Source of the DNA: Eledone cirrhosa
Taxonomy: Eukaryota
Assembly: GCA_964016885.1 (NCBI GenBank)
Contig: OZ024741.1
Span: forward strand, 298,592,001-298,656,000
Direction: 5' to 3'
Length of the DNA: 64,000 nt
Each line of letters opens with the position of its first letter. Within the stretch, counting starts at the first letter, position 1. The translations under genes were made by a program, and so were the position numbers. Under the pieces are notes generated by a model that was not told the DNA's origin, made no database searches, and was given only the letters and a program-made list of their open reading frames with translations. Of the stretch, positions 13,294 through 25,054 are shown piece by piece.

Positions 13294-13310
13294 AAAGAAA
13301 TCTAAAACCC

Positions 13311-13528
13311 AACTAGGATGTGGAAGGTCCATGTCAGCATATGCCGATGACGTCACCGTAGTGGTGTCGAGCAGTGATCGCCACTGCTCTCGAGAAATAC
13401 AAAGCGATAACAGGAGCAACAATTAACCAGGAAAAGTCAAAGGGCCTGCGGCTTGGCTCCTGGAGTGGCAAATCCATGCCGCCCAACAACGTTGTCTGGC
13501 GCTGTACAGACTGATGAAGTTGCTCGGG
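13311..13528 (+). mobile_element. Tx1 RT fragment (YADD region)
   Basis: Near-identical to 5353-5570 (CTAGGATGTGGAAGGTCCATGTCAGCATATGCCGATGACGTC). Confidence 0.85.
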
Positions 13529-13538
13529 AATCCTTCTT

Positions 13539-13784
13539 CTTAAGAATATTTATTTATTTCCTTTACCTGTTTCACAGTTCTTATGCTTTTCAAAAGTAGA
13601 ATAGAGAAAAAACACAAACCCTCCATCTCAATTCTACTTTTGAAAAGCATAAGAACTCTGAAACCGGTAAAGGAAATAAATAAATATTCTTAAAAAGATT
13701 CCAGTTGCATTTTCGATTTCTTTTCCTTTTACTTTCAGCCGTGTAGGACATCTCGTTTCTATTTTATTAAACAGACCTCATCTA

Positions 13785-13790
<6 letters not shown>
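13539..13790 (+). mobile_element. Inverted-repeat pLTR-like fragment with hammerhead 3' half
   Basis: Arms 13539-13605 and 13626-13693 are inverted; contains TGAAACCGGTA (palindromic stem III ACCGGT, GTA site). Confidence 0.55.
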
Positions 13791-13856
<66 letters not shown>

Positions 13857-13907
13857 TAGATAGATTTACATATACATAAACTAGACAGAGGCATAGATAT
13901 ATATATA

Positions 13908-14287
13908 TGTGTTTTTGGCAACCATTCACGGTGTGACTCAATGACGAATTAATTAATTAAATAATCAACAATCAGAGCAATATATAAGAAAGTAAATCCA
14001 TAGAATCATGGTATGTTTATATACATTTTTTCTTCTAACTTTGATTTTGTACCTAATTGTGTATGGTTGGCTATATGTCTAATCGATTTCTGCGGGCTAT
14101 TAGAAATACTAGGTAAATCTTCTGTGGCTGTTGATCGCGGATAAAATCATTTATGTATCTATTGTTTCATCATAGGTGCATTTTAAAGTTATAGCCTCGT
14201 TTAATTGATTTTTTGTGTAATTAATTATGCTGATTGGGAGAGGAAATACCGTATATATTTTATCAAATGATTCTATGGACTTACTTT

Positions 14288-14290
<3 letters not shown>
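13908..14290. mobile_element. Second copy of the 12221-12805 family, also with internal inversion
   Basis: 13908-14008 is the reverse complement of about 12705-12803; 14010-14290 is the reverse complement of about 12221-12510. Confidence 0.7.
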
Positions 14291-14333
<43 letters not shown>

Positions 14334-14384
14334 CATATATATGTGTATATATATATACATATATATATATATGTATATAAATAA

Positions 14385-14488
<104 letters not shown>

Positions 14489-15289
14489 TAGGGTCTATAT
14501 TGGGACACATTTTAATAGCTAGGTATAGAAACCCCAGAGTTACCTCCCCGCATGCATTAACTCCCCTTAGCCACACACACACTTCCGGCCGGTATTCAAT
14601 GGCGTTTCTCGAAACGTAACAGCCTCCTTTATTGAACTAAAGAACACCCGACTACGATCTCTAACGGGATTGCCGTAGATTATGTGAAGGGCATATAATC
14701 GATAAATAAACTCCCCTGACAATGAAAATGCCGAAGTGCATGAAATACTTGACTTCCCTGCGCTGTGCATCTCCAATATTTTTAACACTTCTTATGCTTG
14801 CACTATTTTTAATGCTTATAATATTTCTCCACACACAGACTATATCAATCATATAAAGAATTTGCCACCAGATCTACCAACCTAACACTCTTGTTTACCT
14901 ACCTAAGTGCCTCTACCACACATATCCCTCTGCCACACTATATAAACAAGACGCACATGCGTGCCACACATATAACATTTGCACAATATAACCGCTTATC
15001 TTCATGTTGTATTTTAACCTGTATTTTGATTTTTGATTGTACCTCTTAATATAAATGTAATCTCGAAGTGTGTACTGCCACTCTAAATTCTGTAATAAAT
15101 GTTGACCCACAATGTTTGAATATGTATCAATGTTTGAATACGTATCGGTATGTATCTCGGCTGAAAAGGAGGTCATATAACTGTCCATGCATTAATAAAT
15201 TGCTCCGAAGAATCCAAACCTCGGTGTGTGTAAAATACTTATAACTGCATAAGGTTTTGTATTTACATAACCATAAATAGTATAACTAA

Positions 15290-15345
<56 letters not shown>

Positions 15346-15346
<1 letters not shown>

Positions 15347-15772
15347 CATGGTGGCTGCCAACTCGTTTTCGAGTATGGCCACTACTTTATATCCATGTAG
15401 GAGAACTCCTACCGATGCGCTGAACGAGTGTAACTTTTTAGTCCAGCCAGCGACTTGAAAACTCTGGTACAAACACTACACTTGTGACAATTATTGACAC
15501 ATAGTGCTGGGCCCATGGTACCATGTAACGACAAGTGTAGCGAGATCTCCAGATATAAAGCAATGCCTGTGCCGTGAAGCTTTTATAGTGAGAAAAGGCA
15601 CTGCACAAAGCCAGTCCCACTCTCTAAACCAAGATGATATTTACCAAAAAGAAGAACAAGTCAACATCATTGGATACCATCCGAGTTGCAGGTGTTATAT
15701 CAGAGTTTTCCTTCTCCTAGAATTCTGCCTTGACAAAGGCTAAGGGGTCATCTCTCCCGGTGATTTTGGATA
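15346..15772 (-). mobile_element. About 610-bp retroposon family, 5'-truncated copy
   Basis: Reverse complement of about 7152-7577, set in (CATA)n. Confidence 0.75.
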
Positions 15773-15814
15773 CATACATACATACATACATACATACATA
15801 CATACATACATACA

Positions 15815-15850
<36 letters not shown>

Positions 15851-15880
15851 TATACATACACATATACATATATACATATA

Positions 15881-15969
<89 letters not shown>

Positions 15970-16267
15970 AGAGAGAGAGAGAGAGAAATAGAGAGAGAGA
16001 TGATACACATACATATTTACACATAATTATAAACTCATATATGAGTGGTGTCCGCCTTCAACTGGTTGTTGCTCGATGATTGAATGAATTAAATAAATAA
16101 TCAATTAACCAGAGCTATATAAAATTATAATTGTATTTAGCTCGGGTTAATTGATTATTTATTTAATTAATTTCTATGGGCTGCGAGGAAGAATTGTAAA
16201 TTTCGTCTGTTCTTCACACTTCTAATTTCATGTATGTATATATATATGTATATATATATATATATGC

Positions 16268-16343
<76 letters not shown>

Positions 16344-16498
16344 AGAGAGAGAGAGAGAGAAATAGAGAGAGAGATGATACACATACATATTTACACATAA
16401 TTATAAACTGTTATATCGCGTGACTATCTCCCCCTCCGCCTTTTGGGATTCTTTCTCACGTCGTGTAGACGCGTTCTTGAGACTAGTAAAATGAGGTA

Positions 16499-16586
16499 TC
16501 CTCTTGATAAGTCGGCAGACCTCGCAAGGACTCTATATCTTTGATATATTGTTTTTGTTTATGCCACGAAACTACGTAGTCGAGGA
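16499..16586 (+). ncRNA. Type I hammerhead ribozyme, U3-A8 core variant
   Basis: Stem I TCCTC/GAGGA; core TTGATAA; stem II GT(C)GGCA/TGCCAC; GAAA; palindromic stem III ACTACGTAGT; GTC site with predicted cleavage after 16581. Confidence 0.75.
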
Positions 16587-17089
16587 ATTTAGGAACAGTT
16601 TAGGTATGATACATTTTATTACTAATTATATCTAAATGTTTCTTCTCTCTTCATAATGTATTTTTAACTCTGATACTGGTTCAGTCTGGTTCAAACTGAA
16701 TTGGTCTGTCCCAGTAATTCATTGAGCAACATCGGTGAAGTTGGCACCCTTAACTCACAGTTGAGTGCGGATGCATTCATGTATATATGTGTGTGTCCGC
16801 ATGTATCTGTGTGTTTCTAAATATATTAATAACTCCCTCTGGTCGAGCAATCTTTGAAGTGTGGGGACAACTGGAAAGCTTCCATTACTCATACTTCTCG
16901 CCTTCTTCACTACCTCTTCTACGGCCTCGATATAAATACCCCCTCCGCCTCCGTGGTATTTTCTTCGTGGTTATAAGAGGCTTAGCTCTGTTTCTCGACC
17001 GTTATATCGCGTGACTATCTCCCCCTCCGCCTTTTGGGATTCTTTCTCACGTCGTGTAGACGCGTTCTTGAGACTAGTAAAATGAGGTA

Positions 17090-17177
17090 TCCTCTTGATA
17101 AGTCGGCAGACCTCGCAAGGACTCTATATCTTTGATATATTGTTTTTGTTTATGCCACGAAACTACGTAGTCGAGGA
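17090..17177 (+). ncRNA. Type I hammerhead ribozyme, U3-A8 variant (tandem copy)
   Basis: Same sequence as 16499-16586; predicted cleavage after 17172. Confidence 0.75.
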
Positions 17178-17246
17178 ATTTAGGAACAGTTTAGGTATGA
17201 TACATTTTATTACTAATTATATCTAAATGTTTCTTCTCTCTTCATA

Positions 17247-17291
<45 letters not shown>

Positions 17292-17384
17292 AAATATATG
17301 TATATATGTATATATAAGAATATATATATGTATGGATGTATATATAAGAAATATATATATATATATATATAAGAAATATATGTA

Positions 17385-17459
<75 letters not shown>

Positions 17460-17940
17460 ATTGAATATACAATCGTAAGGGACATGATTCGCTAGGGTGA
17501 AAAAATTACTAACTATGAACAATAGAGTTTGTCAGACTCAATTTAAAAGAATAAATCAAGAAAATAAACACAAACCGATATTGGGACAACTGCCAGACAC
17601 CCAGACAGCTTCTGGTGAAACTGTTTCGCAATTTCAGTGAAGAGAATTACCAATTCTTTTCCTCATCAGTGGGTGTAAAATTAGTAAACCCTTCATTTCT
17701 AAGTATCTCAGAAGACTGAATAGTGTGCGTATATAAAATAACGTACTTGGCATCAGAACTTAGCGTGTCTTATATACTAAAATAGCGAGCTAAATACAAT
17801 TATAATTTTATATAGCTCTGGTTAATTGATTATTTATTTAATTCATTCAATCATCGTGCAACAACCAGTTGAAGGCGGGCACCACTCATATATGAGTTTA
17901 TAATTATGTGTAAATATGTATGTGTATCATCTCTCTTTAT
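17460..17940 (-). mobile_element. Non-coding hammerhead-bearing element; one end is duplicated in inverted orientation at 15990-16144
   Basis: 17786-17935 is the reverse complement of about 15995-16144 (CTCATATATGAGTGGTGTCCGCCTTCAACTGGTTGTTGC). Confidence 0.6.
17597..17676 (-). ncRNA. Type I hammerhead ribozyme, canonical core
   Basis: Minus strand ACACCCA-CTGATGA-G...C-GAAA-CAGTTTC-ACCA-GAAGCTG-TC-TGGGTGT: 7-bp stem I, 8-bp stem III, GTC site; base of stem II is irregular. Confidence 0.7.
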
Positions 17941-18103
17941 CTCTCTTTCTCGATTTGAACACATATATGTATATATCTGTGTTTATCTCTCTTTAATATT
18001 CAACACACGGCTCGGAAAAATCTCTTTCCTTGAGCTATTTAATTGTAAGAGACTATTTTGAGTTTCTAACTCAATATATGCCTTTGATATATATATATAT
18101 ATA

Positions 18104-18786
18104 TACAAGTTAATATAAATTAATATATATGATGAAACACAAATACCAACATATAAGTGTTTGTATTGTAAAAGACTAAGTTAGCTAGATTGAAAAATAC
18201 TAATTATAATAATACAGTTTGTCTGTCTCGATTTAGAACTCATTATTCTTAGTATCACTGCTCCTTATGTAGAGCTAACTTTAGCCCCATATAAACGGCT
18301 GTTATTTCTAGCAGAACAAGTATGCGGCAGCTAGAAACTGGAAAACCATGTGCATTAAACAGTCTTTTTAAATATTTTGAAGTGAAGCATACCAATTGTT
18401 CAGGGTACTTACTGAGGAGAGCTGAGCGGGGTATTCTTTCACTTTATCATCTCGAAACTTATTTGGATTTTGAAGTTTAAACTTATCTACGGAACAGGTT
18501 TGATTTTGAAATTTAAATTTGTCTAAGTACCACGGCCATTTGCCAATATCGTTTGTTTTTATTGATATATTATTTTAAATCGAGACAGACAAACTGTATT
18601 ATTATAATTAGTATTTTTCAATCTAGCTAACTTAGTCTTTTACAATACAAACACTTATATGTTGGTATTTGTGTTTCATCATATATATTAATTTATATTA
18701 ACTTGTATTACACGGCTCAGAAATACTTCTTTCTTTGAGGTATTTCATTGTAAAGGACTGCTTGAGTTTAGAACTCATTATTCTTA

Positions 18787-18790
<4 letters not shown>
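18104..18790 (+). mobile_element. Retrozyme-like element: 535-bp unit with terminal redundancy and inverted 5' segment
   Basis: TTTAGAACTCATTATTCTTAGTAT occurs at 18232 and 18767; 18104-18235 is inverted at 18575-18707; (TA)n on both sides. Confidence 0.7.
18404..18531 (+). ncRNA. Type I hammerhead ribozyme with long stem III
   Basis: Stem I GGTACTTA/TAAGTACC (8 bp); core CTGAGGA; stem II GAG.TGA/TCA.CTC; GAAAC; 23-bp extended stem III; GTC at 18521-18523. Confidence 0.8.
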
Positions 18791-18847
<57 letters not shown>

Positions 18848-18912
18848 GAAGAGAGAAGAAACATTAGATATAATTAGTAATAAGATGTATCATACCCAAA
18901 CTGCTTCTAAAT

Positions 18913-19002
18913 TCCTCGACTACGTAGTTTCGTGGCATAATCAAAAACAATACATCACAGAGATATATAATTTTTGTGAGGTCTGCCGACTTATCAAGAG
19001 GA
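18913..19002 (-). ncRNA. Type I hammerhead, U3-A8 variant (inverted copy)
   Basis: Minus strand TCCTC-TTGATAA-GTCGGCA...TGCCAC-GAAACTACGTAGTC-GAGGA. Confidence 0.7.
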
Positions 19003-19147
19003 TACCTCATTAAGGATTTCAAAAACACGTCTGTAAGATGCTTAGCTCTGTTTCGTGACCGCTGTATCACGTGATTGACTCCCCCTCCGCCTTTTGGGAT
19101 TCTATCTCGCATCTTACAGACGTGTTTTTGAAATCCTTAATGAGGTA

Positions 19148-19237
19148 TCCTCTTGATAAGTTGGCAGACCTCACAAAAATTATATATCTCTGTGATGTAT
19201 TGTTTTTGATTATGCCACGAAACTACGTAGTCGAGGA
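19148..19237 (+). ncRNA. Type I hammerhead, U3-A8 variant
   Basis: TCCTC-TTGATAA-GTTGGCA...TGCCAC-GAAACTACGTAGTC-GAGGA. Confidence 0.7.
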
Positions 19238-19473
19238 ATTTAGAAGCAGTTTGGGTATGATACATCTTATTACTAATTATATCTAATGTTTCTTCTCTCT
19301 TCATAATGTACTTTATAGCTCTGATACTGGTTCAGTCTAATCCATTCGGATTGGTTTGTCCCAGTTATTCATAGAGCAACATCGGTTAAGGTTGGCACCA
19401 TTAACTCAGGGATGGATGTGGATATATTCATGTATATGTGTGTGTCCGCATGTATTTGTGTGTCTCTTTATAT

Positions 19474-19541
<68 letters not shown>

Positions 19542-19547
19542 TAGAGA

Positions 19548-20039
<492 letters not shown>

Positions 20040-20464
20040 AGCAAATTATAAACGTAAACATATAAGTATGTTTTTGAAACGGTGCGCGAGTTTGAAATTA
20101 GAAATTAGAAATGATAAGCTTTCACCGTATTTTAGACTAAAGAAATTTCTAGCCTGATAGTGGGGTATATATATATATATATAAATATAAATTCAGCGAG
20201 AATCGCATTTCGGCGGGTAGAAAAAGCGAAACGTAACGCAAATTCCGAGTCACGCTGGCAAGCGCTCCATGGGCTAAAAAAGACCAGAGCAATAAACATA
20301 GGTTATAAAGGCCATACAAACTGAGAAGGCGGTCAAGAAGCCATTAACCATCTAAGCCAAAAAATAAGTCAAGCTAAACAGGTCAGACAAAATAAATGAC
20401 ATATATATATATATTTGTTTAGCGAGATTCTTTATCTGAAAACGTGTGTTGAAACCGATATTGA

Positions 20465-22562
20465 AATGTACCCAGATATATGTGACAGCACGGAGGACCT
20501 CCTCAGCAGAATCACCGAAAATAACCGATCTAGGGGGACCTAACAGACTGTATAATAAGTAGTATGGATGTAGTGTCCCTATACCCATCTATTGACGTGG
20601 ATTTTGCTGTGGAGAAATGCGTAAAAATGATCAGTGAGAGCAATGTTGAATTCCGTGGGATTGATACCAGTGAGCTGGGATTCCTACTTAAACTCAGTTA
20701 TAGTAATGATTATCTAGATACGTATGACCTTAGCAACCTCTGCCCCACAAGACCAGCAAGAGGCAGACCACCTACCATTACCTCAATGGCCAAGAAAACC
20801 CACACAGAAAGATGGAGCGGGTGGACCAGAGCCATACAGACCCCCGAAAACCATGATGAACTAAAGAAAATGATTGCACATGCGGTGGGGCCCAGTATAA
20901 AACTAACGCTTAAGGAACATATGTTCAAATTTAATGGAAAAACATATGCCCAAGAGGAGGGAGCAGCTATTGGTGTTAGCATTGCAGGTGACATAGCTAA
21001 CCTATTCATGGTATGGTGGGACAATAAACTTAAAGAAGAATTAGAAGACAGCAACCTCTTAACCCTGATAATTTACTCTCGCTACGTTGATGATATAAAC
21101 ATCGTAGTAAAAAGACCCCCACTAGAGAACAGTCAGGAATTAGAGAAAAACACAATGGAAAGCATCCAGCAAATAGCTAACTCCATCCACCAGAGTATTA
21201 GAGTTACTATAGATTACCCAAGCAAACACCCCAACCATCGATTACCTGTACTAGACACAGAGCTCTGGTTAGAAACCATTAATAACAAAAAACAGATCCT
21301 CCATTCCCATTTTGCCAAACCCATGACTTCCAAATATCTGATCCAGCGAAACTCAGCTGTTTCGGATCACACCAAAATCAACATACTGATTGCGGATTTA
21401 GTACGGGTAATGAGAAACGTATCCCAAAGAACTAGAGAGACACATACAACACTTCATCCACCGTATGCAGTTCTTTGGTTACAATCAGAGAGATAAAATC
21501 AGAGTATATAGAGGAACCAGAACCAAATGGGAAAAAATGGTAAATAATGATACAAATGGGACCTGCCCCTTATATAGGAGCAACTTTTGGAATAGAATAG
21601 AAAGAACTAGGAATAAGGTTAATAGAATAAATCATGGTATGATAGCAATAAATACCAGAGTGTAATGTTCATAAATACAACCCCTAGAGGTGAACTAGCT
21701 TACAAATTTAAACTTAAACTAAATATTAAGATAGTAGAAAGACCAGGTACCTCCATAAAAACACTTATTAGTAATACATACCCTTTTCAAAGACCTCCCT
21801 GTATAGATAAGAAATGCATAATCTGTAAACTAAGCCCCCATATTAACTGGAAAATTTGAAACATAGTATATAGCATAAGATGTACTGAAGGACAATGTAA
21901 AGATAAGAATATAGTGTACATAGGTGAGACAGCTCGTAGTATAGGAGAACGATTAAATGAACACTGGCGAGAGCTTCAAGATAGAAAAGAATCATCAGTA
22001 CTCCACCAACATGCTAAAATAGAACATAAGGGCAAATTAGAGAACATAGAAATAAAAATAAAATCTACACACAGAAAAGACGCAATGTTTAGACAAATCA
22101 CAGAGGCAATAAACATGAATGAACTCCAACCAAAATTAAATAGAAAACATGAATGGAATAGCAACATCACAACTTACAATTAAGGACAAAATGAAAACAC
22201 ACACACATAGAACATACAACCAACCAGTAACATGTAAATAAACAAATAAAAACACACACAGTCACCCGGATGTAACACATGCGCAAACTAAGCACACAAC
22301 ACACATAAAAAACAAGATGGCGTAGGACAGAACAAAGGAGAGGCACAAAACAAAGAAAAGAATTCCCAGTCACTGAAGAGGTCACAGATTGTGTGACGAA
22401 AGAACTATGACAATTAGTGAACAACCGTCCGGTTGTGGAACCAACCAACCAACCGGAAATTTATAAATTTTTAAATTTATGATTTAATTCATAATAAATT
22501 GGAGTGATAGTAACTGGTGCGTGTGTTTCTTATTGGCAACATGACCCTCCCAAAGTATAACA
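20465..22562 (+). mobile_element. Penelope-like element (RT plus C-terminal GIY-YIG endonuclease, possibly Naiad-type), 5'-truncated and frameshifted
   Basis: DVVSLYPSI, QEEGAAIGVSIAGDIANLFM, YSRYVDD, LPVLDTEL in 20564..21496; CIDKKCIIC, VYSIRC...C, YIGETARSIGERLNEH, RQITEA...PKLNRKHEW downstream; 3' pLTR ends ATGACCCTCCCAAAGTATAACAAT before (TA)n. Confidence 0.9.
22369..22411 (+). ncRNA. Minimal type I hammerhead in Penelope pLTR
   Basis: GTCA-CTGAAGA-G-GTCACA-GATTG-TGTGAC-GAAA-GAAC-TA-TGAC. Confidence 0.7.
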
Positions 22563-22671
<109 letters not shown>

Positions 22672-23218
22672 CACATATATATAACAAACCTGGACCCTTG
22701 GAATTGATGGTAAAATCCAGTACAGGGTTTCTGTCACACCTAAATCAATAATACTGTCTGCTTAAAACAATAAGCTTTTGGTGATTGAACGAGGAATATC
22801 ACGTTATCAACAGGTATTTTGTCCTGCGCCAGTGTTGTGGATGACACAGTGTTTTGTAAAAGCACATGCGTAACTCACAGGGGAAAACCCCCAGATTTTG
22901 GCAAATGAATTCAGTATATGTAAACCCACGCAAAAAATTGCATAATATATACCAAGTGTATACACACACATATATATATATACATATATAAGAAAATTAT
23001 GACATCAGTCACAAATGCTCAATCCTTTCTCGTTGATTAACCATTCACTTACAATAAAGTGCTATCGCAACATGTTTTTACTCAGTATTTACAAATATAT
23101 TAGTTTGAACTATATTAGTTGATAACACTATAATTCTATATAGAATTCCACACAAAACAAGCTGAGCAACCGTGGACGTTCTGCTATTACAAACGTATAA
23201 GCAAAAAATGAACATTAA

Positions 23219-23439
23219 CCCTTTAGCATTTACATTCCTCTATATTTACTATTATATTTTCACAGTAAAGGCTTTATTTCACATAATTATTTCACATTAT
23301 ACTGAATCTTTGACATTTTGATATTATTAATTTTGAGAACAATACCTTATCATCATTATGAGCAGCCAGTTACAGCCGGTTTGAACAGAAAGTGGTGAAA
23401 GAATGTTGGCCGGATATGGACGGTTTGAATGCTAAAGGG
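23219..23439. mobile_element. piggyBac-like MITE
   Basis: TIRs CCCTTTAGCATT / AATGCTAAAGGG flanked by TTAA on both sides (23215-23218, 23440-23443). Confidence 0.8.
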
Positions 23440-23515
23440 TTAAGATATAGTGCACGCGAAAGAAATAATACTTATATAAAATTTTATATCAGGCGTTCAT
23501 TATTTCCGACCAAAG

Positions 23516-23708
23516 GGCGGTGTATTGGCAGTATCGGTAGATGGTCGGACGCCATGCTTTGCAGCATAGAGTTACGGCTCTTTACGGTCTGAGCTAAAAT
23601 CCTTCCGATGTTAACTTTGCCTTTCAACCATACGTGGTTGATAAAATAAAGTTCCAGGAACACACTGGCGTAATTGCTGGCCTTGTGCCAAAAGTAGAAA
23701 CAATTATT
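23516..23708 (+). mobile_element. tRNA-derived SINE
   Basis: GGCGGTGTATTGGCAGTATCGGTAGA head, body TTTGCCTTTCAACC...GATAAAATAAAG, tail GGCCTTGTGCCAAAAGTAGAAACAATTA. Confidence 0.8.
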
Positions 23709-25054
23709 TCCTACCACTCATATGACACTTTGACCCTTTACTATGTACTAATATGACCATGTTGTATTTAGGAAAGTTACTCTTCCAAATTGAAGAAGAA
23801 AAAAACTAACAAGGAAATTTGAAAAGTCCTTTATAAAAATGATCGAACTGGAGCATAGTCGTGTTTTCTATATAACATGCTTGAAAAGGAAGCTGTTTCA
23901 TACTTATATATACAAATATACATATATACATACATGCGTACATACATACTTACATAGATACACAAGACATACATACTTACACACAAACACATGCATATAT
24001 ATGTGCATAATATATATATATATATATATATGTATATACATACACATACATGTATGTGCGTGTGTATATATATATGTATATATATATGTGTATATATATA
24101 TACATACATACATATATATATGTATATATATACGCACATACATATATATATATATATATATACATATATACTTACATATGTACATATATACATACATACA
24201 AACATATATATATATTTAAATGCATACATACATACACACATACATATATATATATATACGATTTGAAAGAAAACTTGTATTACACTTTGTTACTTTTCAT
24301 TCGTCGTTAATTCACTACAATCCTCTTTAATGTCAAAAGAGAATACAAGAGGAAAAAAAGAAGAAAGAACGTTTGGTGTACATGTCGGTGAAGTAGTATG
24401 AATGAATCTTTCATCCGTTTTGCACTCTCTTTATCATTAAGAAATAAAATGAAGCAACGACAGAAAAAAATAGGCATTGAAAATTATACAGAAAATATGC
24501 AGCAAGACTACATTCTCTTGCTGGAATCTAACAGAGAAGTATGTTAAAAGAACAATTAGTATTTCTCTTTATTGTATATTTCATTTTTTTGTTGTTGCAA
24601 ATTCTGGAATTCCAACTCCAAGGAAGGAACTACAAAAAGGTCGAACAAATACACACTGAAAATAATAAAAAAAGCTAAATAAATACACATTAGATAGAAA
24701 GACTAGAAAAGCACATATTCTTGGGAGTCCTGATGGTGAAGTAAACTGTGAAAATTGACTCTCAACTCTTTTATTTAATTTCGATTCACTGTCAGAGTTG
24801 TATATATTTAACTAATTGGTTTTTGGTTATAGTTGAGATAAATATCTCGTAACATGAAGATAAAGCGGTACCATAATTTTTCTGTTATCACAAAATATCT
24901 TTATAGTGTTTCACTCCTAATAAACAATAAAACGGTTATATCATGATTGGAACGACCGTTGCTAAGAAATCTTCCAGGTGTCCATAATAATTTATTATAT
25001 AATCAGTAGGCCAGAAATTGTGGCAAGAGAGAACAATCATTACTCCATCAGTTT

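Larger units (their letters stand above)
16410..17251 (+). mobile_element. Retrozyme-like element: 591-bp unit with about 250-bp terminal direct repeats, each carrying a hammerhead
   Basis: 16410-16660 recurs at 17001-17251 (offset 591); no coding capacity; ends in (TA)n. Confidence 0.75.
18845..19478 (+). mobile_element. Diverged member of the 591-bp retrozyme-like family with inverted 5' duplication
   Basis: 19040-19478 is homologous to 16980-17251 plus 16660-16825; 18845-19040 is the reverse complement of about 19110-19307. Confidence 0.75.

Noticed and set aside
14490-15260. Possible decayed Penelope endonuclease (VGQHLLQN) on the minus strand; similar weak RT hint at 4140-4520
   Set aside because: Only single short motifs; not enough for a call without a profile search.
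21857-21859. In-frame TGA in the Penelope endonuclease linker as possible selenocysteine (as in some Naiad elements)
   Set aside because: The sister copy has AGA here, and its own TGA near 29905 replaces the Tyr of YIG. Neither falls at a Cys position, so both look like ordinary nonsense mutations.
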